Below, in pieces: positions 27,758 through 35,817 of a DNA stretch of 52,137 nucleotides (positions are counted from its first letter, which is position 1; the number at the start of each line of letters is the position of its first letter). The stretch comes from an uncultured Bacteroidota bacterium (GTDB taxonomy: Bacteria; Bacteroidota; Bacteroidia; 2-12-FULL-35-15), in contig CAIQBY010000409.1 in assembly GCA_903870175.1 (NCBI GenBank), forward strand, positions 1 through 52,137. The letters are read 5' to 3'. The notes under the pieces are model-generated. The model saw nothing but the letters and a program-made list of their open reading frames with translations. It was not told where the DNA came from and ran no database searches. The position numbers were made by a program, and so were the translations under genes.

Positions 27758-27837
27758 GGTACGGATAACTAATAAAACGAATTTACGAATCTGTGTAAAC
27801 CGCGATTCGTAAATTCGTTTTATTAGTTATCTGTACC
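27758..27837. terminator. 34-bp-stem hairpin filling the gap between two convergent stop codons (hairpin family copy E1)
   Basis: GGTACGGATAACTAATAAAACGAATTTACGAATC (27758..27791) pairs with GATTCGTAAATTCGTTTTATTAGTTATCTGTACC (27804..27837). One G-T position, 12-nt loop, T-runs on both strands. Confidence 0.75.
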
Positions 27838-29987
27838 TATTCCACCACCACTTTCCTGTTCACCATATTTTTATGTCCATCGGTTATCTGTACAAAATAT
27901 ACTCCACTTTGCATGGTGCCTTTTTCTATTATGTATTGTTTGCCTGTGAAGTTTACTGTTTTAATTTCCTTGCCTACCACATCCATTATTTTAATGGTTG
28001 TGTTTTTTTGTTCTGAAGAAAAAGAGATGGTGGTTTGGGAAGTAAAAGGGTTTGGGGAAATGGTGATTCCTGACAATTTAGAGAGTTCTTTTATCCCTGA
28101 ATTATCTACCACATTGACTTGATATCGTATTGTATCACATCCATAAGAATTACAAGCAATCAAAATAACGGTATATGTACCTGAAATCAGATACGTATGT
28201 GTAGGGTTAACTATATTAGATGTATCTCCATCTCCAAAGTTCCATAAATAAGAATCCGCGCATGTAGAAGTATTAACTAAACTTATGGTTAATCCATCAG
28301 TCGAGTTAAAATAATATTGTGCTCTTGGCAACGGATTAACAGTTATTCTTAAGGTATCCGTTGAGTTTCCACAACGCGGATTTATTGCAGTTACAGTATA
28401 AGTAGTTGTTTGGGATGGTTTTGCTATTGGTGCTATGATGTTTGGATTGCTTAATCCGCTTGCCGGCGACCAGTGATAAGTAACTCCAGCATTTAAGGTT
28501 GCGTTCACAACTATGCTATCTCCACAATTAATTAAAGCATTTGGAAATGCCTGTACTTGAAATGAAACAACATTAATCCTGATGGAATCAATTACTCCTG
28601 TTATCGAATCTCTACCATAATATGTGGTAGAAACGGCAGGGCTTGCAATAGGGTTACTTGTATTAGCGTTGTTTAAACCTGTAACTGGCGACCATACTAT
28701 ATGAGGATTATTATGAAAATGACACAATACAAGTCGCAGGTAATCACCGCAGGGAAGATTAAAAGTATCTTTAGAAATACAAATCTCATTGGCTCCAATT
28801 GTTGGAGGATTTGGTCTAATTAAACTATCAATATCAATTAATACCGATGGAAGATAAACACCTCTTCCACTTAATTGCATATTAGTTGCATGTAAATCAG
28901 TTAAAGTATCTGCATAATTTGGGGTTATGTGATAAGGATTTGTATCCCATGGAATAGTAGCACCTTGATAATTATTATTTATAAAAGTGTTATTATTCCC
29001 ATTGATGTTTCTTGGAAAATTATTGTTTTCAAAAATATTAAAAGCGCTTTGAATAAAATTAAAATTTATGTTTGGTGCAAAATTATTACTGAAAATATTA
29101 TTATTAGCACCTGAAAAGTAAATTGTAGGAAAGAATGGGCTATAATAAATAAAATTATCGTAAAAGTTACAATGATTGCCAAAACCGTTTTCTAAGCCCC
29201 CATAAAATTTATTACCTACTATTAAACTATAAAGTGAAGAACCTAAATTAACATTCCCCCAAAATTGATTATTTATTACTTGTGCACTATCTCCACGACT
29301 CAGTTCTAAACTTAAATTTGCACTTACAGTATCTTTGTAAAATAAATTATTCACAATTACTGCACTTTCAGTATATGTTATATATATAGGACTATTTATC
29401 GAAAAAATATTAGAAGAAAAAATCGCAGGACCGAAACCATAAGCAATATCTATAGCACCGCTACAATAGCTATTTATTAATTTAATACCATAAGAATAAC
29501 CTTGCTCTATACTATTCTCAAATGAACTTTGTTTTATGCTACAATTAATAATTGAAACCAACTTTGTAACATAATCGCATTCTATTGTAATACCTGGTGA
29601 AGCAGTATTTTCAATTGTCAAGTTTTTCAAAATAAAATTGAAGTTGCTATAAGTTAAGCCAATTGTATTATATGCCCCCGTAGTCGAATTACCTCCTGCA
29701 ATTATTTTCACTTTAGATGAATCTGCCGATTCGGATTGGAAAGTAACAGAATCATTAGGATTTCCCAATGTCATGCCTCCTAGCGCGAGACCTTCATTGT
29801 AAATGCCATCCCTTATATTAAATATAACATTGCCTGAAATACCCCAATTAAACAAATCGTTTCTAGCAGCAGAAATTGTAACATAATCAGGATTAACGCC
29901 TCCAATAGTATATGTCCCGGAAAGAGGTTGTGCATTAGAAAAAAAAGAATAAAATAAAATAATAACTATTAAAGTAATTTTTCTCAT
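27837..29987 (-). CDS. T9SS type-A cargo protein: beta-helix-like repeats plus PKD-like domain
   Basis: 716 aa. Signal peptide, an Asn-rich repetitive region (NxxFxxN) and a PKD-like segment YLWNFGDGDTSNIVNPTHTYLISGTYTVILIACNSYGCD. CTD ITISPNPFTSQTTISF...GVYFVQITDGHKNMVNRKVVVE. Confidence 0.85.
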   Translation of the reverse strand: MRKITLIVIILFYSFFSNAQPLSGTYTIGGVNPDYVTISAARNDLFNWGISGNVIFNIRDGIYNEGLALGGMTLGNPNDSVTFQSESADSSKVKIIAGGNSTTGAYNTIGLTYSNFNFILKNLTIENTASPGITIECDYVTKLVSIINCSIKQSSFENSIEQGYSYGIKLINSYCSGAIDIAYGFGPAIFSSNIFSINSPIYITYTESAVIVNNLFYKDTVSANLSLELSRGDSAQVINNQFWGNVNLGSSLYSLIVGNKFYGGLENGFGNHCNFYDNFIYYSPFFPTIYFSGANNNIFSNNFAPNINFNFIQSAFNIFENNNFPRNINGNNNTFINNNYQGATIPWDTNPYHITPNYADTLTDLHATNMQLSGRGVYLPSVLIDIDSLIRPNPPTIGANEICISKDTFNLPCGDYLRLVLCHFHNNPHIVWSPVTGLNNANTSNPIASPAVSTTYYGRDSITGVIDSIRINVVSFQVQAFPNALINCGDSIVVNATLNAGVTYHWSPASGLSNPNIIAPIAKPSQTTTYTVTAINPRCGNSTDTLRITVNPLPRAQYYFNSTDGLTISLVNTSTCADSYLWNFGDGDTSNIVNPTHTYLISGTYTVILIACNSYGCDTIRYQVNVVDNSGIKELSKLSGITISPNPFTSQTTISFSSEQKNTTIKIMDVVGKEIKTVNFTGKQYIIEKGTMQSGVYFVQITDGHKNMVNRKVVVE

Positions 29988-30051
29988 CTCCTTTTATTTT
30001 TAATTATCTGTAAATATACCACAATATATTCACCCTTCTCTTCATCAAAAT

Positions 30052-30088
30052 AAAAAAGCGTTTCACAATCTCTTGCAAAACGCTTTTT
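30052..30088 (-). terminator. Rho-independent terminator after the GC-rich orphan gene
   Basis: Stem AAAAAGCGTTT / AAACGCTTTTT with a 14-nt loop. The minus strand reads stem, then TTTTTTATTTT. Confidence 0.65.
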
Positions 30089-30104
30089 ATTTTCATCAAC
30101 ATCA

Positions 30105-30137
30105 GATTCGTAAATTCGAATCATTTGTTATCCGTAC
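30105..30137. repeat. Hairpin-family copy E2 (right-arm half only)
   Basis: GATTCGTAAATTCGAATCATTTGTTATCCGTAC matches the right arm and tail of E1 (GATTCGTAAATTCG...GTTATCTGTACC). It abuts the stop codon at 30141. Confidence 0.6.
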
Positions 30138-30140
30138 TTT

Positions 30141-31118
30141 TTAATACAACTCCACAAATAATTCAACCACTTTAGTATTGCTTACTGTAACTGCCGTGAG
30201 GAAGCGGTGTGCGGCATAATCGGTGATACCGAAATCCGACATATTTATTTTGGCTTCATGATTATTTGCCACATTTACGGCTGTGCTGTCCATACCGCCT
30301 TTGGTGCTGCTGAGGTACATAGATACACTATCGGTAGGCGTTGCATTAAACATTGCTTTTATGCGCATTATATCTGTTTCTACAAAAGTACGTTCGATAA
30401 GTACCGACAGTTCGGTTACTTTCATTTTACGTTTGAATATCGATTGCAATTTGGTACGCAGGTTCAGCAAATCGAAACAAGGTTCAATCTTTTCGGGTGT
30501 ATCAAAATATTTATCCACCAGAAATCCCATGTTCCGGTATTGCATGTTCATGGCTGCCACGCGGGCGTCTTCCACCGTTTCGCTGCCGGTGCTCTTTGAT
30601 GTTTTGCCTCCTCCCTGAATGGTGCGTGCTTTATCGAGTTCATTATATGCATCAATTACCAGCAATTTGGTGGGTGCCAAATCCGCGTTGTCGCCTATGG
30701 CAATGGTCAATGAGTTTACTGCACTTATTTTGATGTCAGTTTCTCCTGTTGTGAATGGCTTGCGGTCGCGCGGAAACAGAGCTACAAATCCGGGTGAGCC
30801 TTTTGCAAAAAACGGAAATATCATCCCCATCCACAAATCCAGCTGGGCAGGTATCAGTTTAAATAATTTTTTCAGGCTTAATGTATTGCCTTTCAGCGAG
30901 CCGCCCGCAGCTACCCAGGCATCATACGCTGCAATGTAGGGCACATGCACATCTTTGTACCTGTCGCATAATGTTGCCCAATCGGGGTCTAACGGAAAAT
31001 CGTTTACTTTTTTCTGTAAAAAAGCATAATGTGCTTTACTTAAAATTGCTGCCAGTCTGTAACTCTTTTTTGTAGCAGCCAGAAATTGGTTAGCGGCATA
31101 TTGCCATGGTTTTGTCAT
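30141..31118 (-). CDS. Orphan hypothetical protein in a GC-rich patch (no family recognised)
   Basis: 325-aa ORF with no signal peptide or TM. It is by far the longest ORF here, and the shadow ORFs on the other strand reflect raised GC. A terminator lies downstream. Confidence 0.7.
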   Translation of the reverse strand: MTKPWQYAANQFLAATKKSYRLAAILSKAHYAFLQKKVNDFPLDPDWATLCDRYKDVHVPYIAAYDAWVAAGGSLKGNTLSLKKLFKLIPAQLDLWMGMIFPFFAKGSPGFVALFPRDRKPFTTGETDIKISAVNSLTIAIGDNADLAPTKLLVIDAYNELDKARTIQGGGKTSKSTGSETVEDARVAAMNMQYRNMGFLVDKYFDTPEKIEPCFDLLNLRTKLQSIFKRKMKVTELSVLIERTFVETDIMRIKAMFNATPTDSVSMYLSSTKGGMDSTAVNVANNHEAKINMSDFGITDYAAHRFLTAVTVSNTKVVELFVELY

Positions 31119-31186
31119 TGTTAATTGTTTTTAATTGTTAATACTACTTATTATTACTTCTCTTTTATTTATTACACTGTATTTTG

Positions 31187-31462
31187 CGAAAGCAAACGCT
31201 TTACTATCTTCCGTTGCTGCGGAACGATGTAAAGCATTTGCTTCCGCTTTTAATTTGATGTGGAACGACGTAAAGCATTTGCTTCCACTTTTAATTTGCT
31301 GCGGAACGATGTAAAGCGTTTGCTTTCGATTTTAATCTGCTGCGGAACGTCGTGAAGCGTTTGCTTTCGATTTTAATCTGCTGCGGAACGTCGTGAAGCG
31401 TTTGCTTCCACTTTTAATTTGATGGGTTTCGACATAAAGCGTTTGCTTCCCGTTTTGAAACT
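31187..31462. repeat. Six 41-bp tandem repeats plus one inverted 18-nt core copy
   Basis: Units start at 31217, 31258, 31299, 31340, 31381 and 31422 (e.g. CTGCGGAACGTCGTGAAGCGTTTGCTTTCGATTTTAATCTG). CGAAAGCAAACGCTTTAC at 31187..31204 is the exact reverse complement of 31311..31328. Confidence 0.95.
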
Positions 31463-31697
31463 CTAATTCGGGATGTGCAACTTTTTGTTTCACCTTTCCT
31501 CCTTTTATTCGTTTCCTGCAAATCAGTTGCTGCTGATGTAAGTCTTGCATTAATAGTGTTCAAAGAACTTGCCGGTGATAAAATTATTGACTTCCGACGC
31601 GGTAAAGGTATTGTTGTGGATGATGTCAAAATAATTAGGTGCACTTTTTCACTCCTAATTATATATCCAATTAAAATTTATTTGGAAGTTTATTACT

Positions 31698-31705
31698 TAG
31701 GTTTG
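31698..31705 (+). promoter_or_regulatory. Candidate -7 promoter box (TAGGTTTG)
   Basis: TAnnTTTG match 25 nt upstream of the ATG at 31731. Confidence 0.35.
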
Positions 31706-31730
31706 TCCTGTATTATAATACAAACAACTT

Positions 31731-32177
31731 ATGAAAACGAAAATACTGAGCGTACTACTCTATAAAAAAGCAGTAAAAACAATTAAGTTTTTTCAGCCAA
31801 TCACACAACTTCTACTCGACAGACGCAATAACCTGAATTATTCCTGCTATCCGATTGTAACAAATGCTGAGATGCAAATTGTTTTATTTCTGTCGGAAGG
31901 ACCGAGGGAAAACCACGAAATAATTGCATTTTGTGAAAATCTAAAGATAAAAAAGGTAAAGAAAACATTAAATCATCTTGAATTTCATCAGATGATAACC
32001 CGCACTGACATTGGTACCGAAGGACGAAAATTTTCATACTCCATAGCGCTTCGTGGAACATCCTGCATACCATATATTAATGAGCGTATTACATGGTCTA
32101 TTGCCGATAAAATACTTGAAGATATAAAAAAGAAAAAGAAGCTACAGCAGCTTCAATACGTAATTCCCAATTCGTAA
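31731..32177 (+). CDS. Small winged-helix/HTH-like protein (putative DNA-binding)
   Basis: 148 aa. The segment AEMQIVLFLSEGPRENHEIIAFCENLKIKKVKKTLNHLEFHQMITRT looks like a MarR/ArsR-style wHTH. The function is a guess. Confidence 0.5.
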   Translation: MKTKILSVLLYKKAVKTIKFFQPITQLLLDRRNNLNYSCYPIVTNAEMQIVLFLSEGPRENHEIIAFCENLKIKKVKKTLNHLEFHQMITRTDIGTEGRKFSYSIALRGTSCIPYINERITWSIADKILEDIKKKKKLQQLQYVIPNS

Positions 32178-32205
32178 TTCTGTCACCCTGAGCGTAGTCG
32201 AAGGG

Positions 32206-33354
32206 CTAATGGCTCACCACAAATTTCCCTGCCTTGGTTTCTTTATCATCAATAAGCTGATAAAAATAAACACCGTTATTCCATTGGGTAACGTTTATTG
32301 TTGATTGATTATTGGTTATTGTTACACGTTCTATTTCTCTGCCAAGCACATCAGTAATTATTAATTGTCGATTAGCAGTGAAAGAAGAAATGGATATGGT
32401 GACGGTGGTGGTGGCTGGGTTGGGAGAAAGGGTGATGGTGGCGGCGGGGTGGGATGTTTCTTGAATATTAACTGTAGTACTACAACTTAGTGCACAACTT
32501 TGAATACATTGGCAATAAACAACAGTACTAATAATAGTACCTGTATTAAGGTCTAATCCACCTGCAGGATGCCCAGCATCACATATATCTAATATCTCAC
32601 CTGCGGTTTGTCCAATAGTTCCAGTGTTAGAAGAATATCCACCTATCGAAAAACCTCCATTACAACCACTACTGGAAATTATAAGAGCAGAATTATACCA
32701 ATCTCTAACAACGGTTACATTACTAAAAAGATAACGAAAAGTTGAACCGGTTGAATTATACCAGTCTCTTCCAACATATAGACAACCTGCATTATCAAGT
32801 ATATAGTAGCTGTTATAGGCATTATAAAAATCATAATTGATAGTCATACATCCCGTTATATTATTAATACTGCTTAAGGAATCACTTAAAAAATCACATG
32901 TAAGATTACCACCATTATCTAGACTTGAACTATCAACTACTGCCAACCTTATAGATTTAAGGCTTCCAGCGTTAACAAAATTGGAATGATTGTTTTTAAT
33001 AATTAAACTATCAATAATTGCAATTGCTGTGTAAGTATTATTAAATGATCCACCACTATCGACTAAAATATTAGAAGAATTAATAGTACCATAATTAGTA
33101 AAAATACTACCTGTACCTGTTACCCTGACTTTTGAAGAACCAATATGCCCTTGATTACAAAGCGTACCTCCGGCAACAGTCAACAAACCTGTACAAGTAC
33201 CTGTTGAAGTAATACAAAATGTATCACCCGGAACAATAATATGGTTAGCTGCATCCATTCCTGAAATAATAATATTACAAGATGTACATTGTGCAGTAAT
33301 ATTCTTACTAATAAACAGAGAAGCGAATGCAATAAATAAGAATAGCTTTTTCAT
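32206..33354 (-). CDS. T9SS type-A cargo protein, Cys/Thr/Asn-rich repetitive passenger
   Basis: The start is moved to the internal ATG (MKKLFLFIAFASLFISKNITAQ signal peptide); the listed ORF start is 33390. CTD LSPNPATTTVTISI...GVYFYQLIDDKETKAGKFVVSH. Confidence 0.8.
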   Translation of the reverse strand: MKKLFLFIAFASLFISKNITAQCTSCNIIISGMDAANHIIVPGDTFCITSTGTCTGLLTVAGGTLCNQGHIGSSKVRVTGTGSIFTNYGTINSSNILVDSGGSFNNTYTAIAIIDSLIIKNNHSNFVNAGSLKSIRLAVVDSSSLDNGGNLTCDFLSDSLSSINNITGCMTINYDFYNAYNSYYILDNAGCLYVGRDWYNSTGSTFRYLFSNVTVVRDWYNSALIISSSGCNGGFSIGGYSSNTGTIGQTAGEILDICDAGHPAGGLDLNTGTIISTVVYCQCIQSCALSCSTTVNIQETSHPAATITLSPNPATTTVTISISSFTANRQLIITDVLGREIERVTITNNQSTINVTQWNNGVYFYQLIDDKETKAGKFVVSH

Positions 33355-33405
33355 ATTGAGAAGAATTAAATTAGTAGAGATGCAAAACAAAGATAGGTAA
33401 AAGAA

Positions 33406-33711
33406 TTAAGAATCAATATTCTTAATCAAATCTTCAGGGTTTCTTCTGTTATCCCAAATACCTACAATTATTATTTCTGAAGGTGTTACCTTATAAAACA
33501 AAGAAAAGTGCGAAACAAATGTTACATGCACATCTTTAAAGTCAGTAGGTTTTCCGAGGTAATTATTCTTTGACAGGTAGGCTGTTCTTGCTCTAAATTG
33601 TTTGGCAAGCTTTCGGGAATATGTTTTACTTTTATTATGTTTTATCCAAAACTCAAGTATGGCTTTTCTCGCTTCTTGTGCGGTAATGGTCCAAACTATT
33701 TGTTTAGCCAT
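33406..33711 (-). CDS. Type II toxin, RelE/ParE superfamily
   Basis: 101 aa. Pattern IVWTITAQEA...ILEFW... and C-terminal IIIVGIWDNRRNPEDL. 16-nt overlap with the upstream small gene. Confidence 0.75.
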   Translation of the reverse strand: MAKQIVWTITAQEARKAILEFWIKHNKSKTYSRKLAKQFRARTAYLSKNNYLGKPTDFKDVHVTFVSHFSLFYKVTPSEIIIVGIWDNRRNPEDLIKNIDS

Positions 33712-33935
33712 TTATCTTCTTCCTCATTTAATTTCTTATCCGAAATCATTCTCCCCTTTTTGATATCCTCTTCACTGGCTTCCATCATTTTTACCTGTGA
33801 AGCAGTTAAGTGAAACGTTTCCGAACTTTCCACCTTAGCAGATGATAATAGCTTTTCTACCTTATGAAGCAACTCTGTATCTTTAAGCGCAATCAGCTTA
33901 TCAATAAGATTGAATTTTAATTGTTCCGTATTCAT
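33696..33935 (-). CDS. Cognate antitoxin (small helical addiction-module component)
   Basis: 79 aa and acidic. It sits upstream of the toxin and overlaps it, as is usual for type II TA operons. Confidence 0.65.
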   Translation of the reverse strand: MNTEQLKFNLIDKLIALKDTELLHKVEKLLSSAKVESSETFHLTASQVKMMEASEEDIKKGRMISDKKLNEEEDKWLNK

Positions 33936-33969
33936 TGTTTAATAAAATTAAATTAGACGAAATGTATTA

Positions 33970-33977
33970 CAAAGGTA
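33970..33977 (-). promoter_or_regulatory. Candidate -7 promoter box for the TA operon (TACCTTTG on minus strand)
   Basis: Plus-strand CAAAGGTA lies 34 nt upstream of the antitoxin ATG at 33935. Confidence 0.4.
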
Positions 33978-34031
33978 AGGAAGATATTCACACCACTATT
34001 TATTATTATATCTTCAAGGTTTGCCAATCAC

Positions 34032-35147
34032 CTAATTCCCAACTTCAACAGCCTTCATCATCCCCACAAAATCATCAAACAAGTAGCGTGCATCTAATGG
34101 GCCCGGGCAGGCTTCAGGGTGGTATTGCACCGAGAACACATTTCTGTCGGTATATCGCAAACCCTCAATAGTATTATCATTAAGGTTGATATGAGTAATC
34201 TCCATATTCTTCACCTTCGCCACATCCTCCGCTTTCACGCCAAAGCCGTGGTTTTGCGAAGTAATCTCACATTTGCCTGTAATAAGGTTTTTCACCGGAT
34301 GATTAATTCCCCTGTGTCCCTTATGCATCTTAAACGTAGATATACCCGAAGCTTCAGCAATCAATTGATGTCCGAGACATATCCCAAAAGTAGGCACACC
34401 CGAGTTAATTATCTTTTTAATGTTGGCTGCTTCCTCCTTCATCACGCCTGGGTCGCCGGGTCCATTGCTAATCATAAAACCATCGGGCTCCCATTTCATC
34501 ATTTCCTCCAAAGTAGTTTTCTGCGGAAACACTTTTAAATAGCAGCCTCTCTCCACTAGTGAGCGAAGAATGTTTTTCTTCACACCCAAGTCAAGCACTG
34601 CAACTTTTAATTCAGAATCTTCATTACCCACATAATAAGCTTCCTTGGTACTTACTTTTGACGAAAGTTCCAATCCCGCCATCGAAGGCACTTTAGCAAG
34701 TTTCTCCTTCAGTATTTCCACATCAAGTGTTTCAGAAGAAATAATGCAATTCATTGCACCCTTATCTCTTATATATCTTACAATAGCGCGAGTATCCACA
34801 TCCGAAATAGCAACTATTCCATTCTTGATAAAATAATCTTTCAGTGAGCCGTCAGAGCGTTTCCTCGAATGAAATTCTTCAAACTGCTTGCATATCAATC
34901 CTGCAATTTTTATCGAGTCTGATTCCACTTCATCCTTATTCACACCATAATTACCAATATGCACATTGGTTGCAACTATTATCTGTCCGAAATAAGAAGG
35001 ATCTGTAAATATCTCCTGATAGCCTGTCATACCTGTATTAAAGCATATTTCACCGGTTGCCGTACCAATCATTCCGGCAGCTTTTCCGTGAAACACTTTA
35101 CCATCTTCAAGTAATAAAATGGCTGGGGATTTTGTTATGTATTTCAT
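34032..35147 (-). CDS. carA: Carbamoyl-phosphate synthase small (glutaminase) subunit
   Basis: 371 aa. Active-site GICLGHQL, then HRGINHPV and QYHPEA. Confidence 0.95.
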   Translation of the reverse strand: MKYITKSPAILLLEDGKVFHGKAAGMIGTATGEICFNTGMTGYQEIFTDPSYFGQIIVATNVHIGNYGVNKDEVESDSIKIAGLICKQFEEFHSRKRSDGSLKDYFIKNGIVAISDVDTRAIVRYIRDKGAMNCIISSETLDVEILKEKLAKVPSMAGLELSSKVSTKEAYYVGNEDSELKVAVLDLGVKKNILRSLVERGCYLKVFPQKTTLEEMMKWEPDGFMISNGPGDPGVMKEEAANIKKIINSGVPTFGICLGHQLIAEASGISTFKMHKGHRGINHPVKNLITGKCEITSQNHGFGVKAEDVAKVKNMEITHINLNDNTIEGLRYTDRNVFSVQYHPEACPGPLDARYLFDDFVGMMKAVEVGN

Positions 35148-35168
35148 ATATTATTTAATATCTCATTC

Positions 35169-35205
35169 AAAAAAAAAGGATAAAGCAAAAATACTTTATC
35201 CTTTT
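35169..35205 (-). terminator. Rho-independent terminator after rplQ
   Basis: Stem AAAAGGATAAAG / CTTTATCCTTTT with an 8-nt loop. A run of T follows on the minus strand. Confidence 0.7.
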
Positions 35206-35233
35206 CAAAGAACTATAATTTTATTCTAACAAC

Positions 35234-35728
35234 TTATTCACTTTTTGTTGTTTCGTCTGTTGTAGTCTCAGTAGAATCAACCGTTGCATCGTTTGCAGTT
35301 GTTGATTTCTTTTTTCCACCACGTCTTGAAGCTTTTGCTTTAGCAGCAGATTTGCCACCCAACATGTTTTCGTTGTAATCAACCAGCTCGATAAAACACA
35401 TATCAGCATTATCTCCCATACGGGCACCTGTTTTTAATATTCTGGTATATCCTCCCGGACGGTCAGCTATCTTTGTTGATACTTCTTTGAAAAGCGTATC
35501 CACAGCTTCTTTGTTTCCCAGATAAGCAAACACTGTACGGCGAGAATGTGTCGAATCAGTTTTTGATTTGGTTAAAAGCGGCTCCACATATAGTTTCAAA
35601 GCTTTTGCTTTAGCAACAGTTGTGCTGATGCGTTTGTGCATAATCAATGAACTAGCCATATTAGCCAACATTGCCTTGCGGTGAGCAGTTTTTCTGCCTA
35701 AGTTATTTAATTTATCTCCGTGTCTCAT
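35234..35728 (-). CDS. rplQ: 50S ribosomal protein L17 (with Thr/Lys-rich C-terminal tail)
   Basis: [29 protein letters not shown]... Confidence 0.97.
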   Translation of the reverse strand: MRHGDKLNNLGRKTAHRKAMLANMASSLIMHKRISTTVAKAKALKLYVEPLLTKSKTDSTHSRRTVFAYLGNKEAVDTLFKEVSTKIADRPGGYTRILKTGARMGDNADMCFIELVDYNENMLGGKSAAKAKASRRGGKKKSTTANDATVDSTETTTDETTKSE

Positions 35729-35817
35729 TTTTTTATTATTGTTTATTGATTACTGAATATTGATTATTGTTTGCTGTTCAAAATAAACAATAATCAATAA
35801 ACGATATTCAATATTTA

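Noticed and set aside
30113-30122. TTCGAATC, a tRNA T-arm-like string
   Set aside because: No acceptor, D or anticodon stems can be drawn around it. It is part of hairpin-family copy E2.
30207-31075. Stack of 64-130-aa plus-strand ORFs opposite the orphan gene
   Set aside because: They are shadow ORFs caused by locally raised GC, which gives few stop codons. They overlap each other in different frames, and none approaches the length of the 325-aa minus-strand ORF.
31217-31462. Possible CRISPR array
   Set aside because: The 41-bp units are directly adjacent with no unique spacers. No cas genes or leader are in the window.
31332-31765. ORFs of 72-96 aa in the 610-bp intergenic region (31332..31550-, 31414..31644-, 31475..31765+)
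   Set aside because: They run through or out of the 41-bp repeats, overlap one another, give low-complexity or hydrophobic nonsense sequences and have no start context. The region is better explained as regulatory DNA.
30105-32180. GATTCGTAAATTCG (30105) and CAATTCGTAATTC (32168) as target-site duplications or ends of a mobile element
   Set aside because: The match is short and imperfect, the motif belongs to a hairpin family present elsewhere in the window, and no transposase or integrase is present. It is kept only as a weak note within the module hypothesis.
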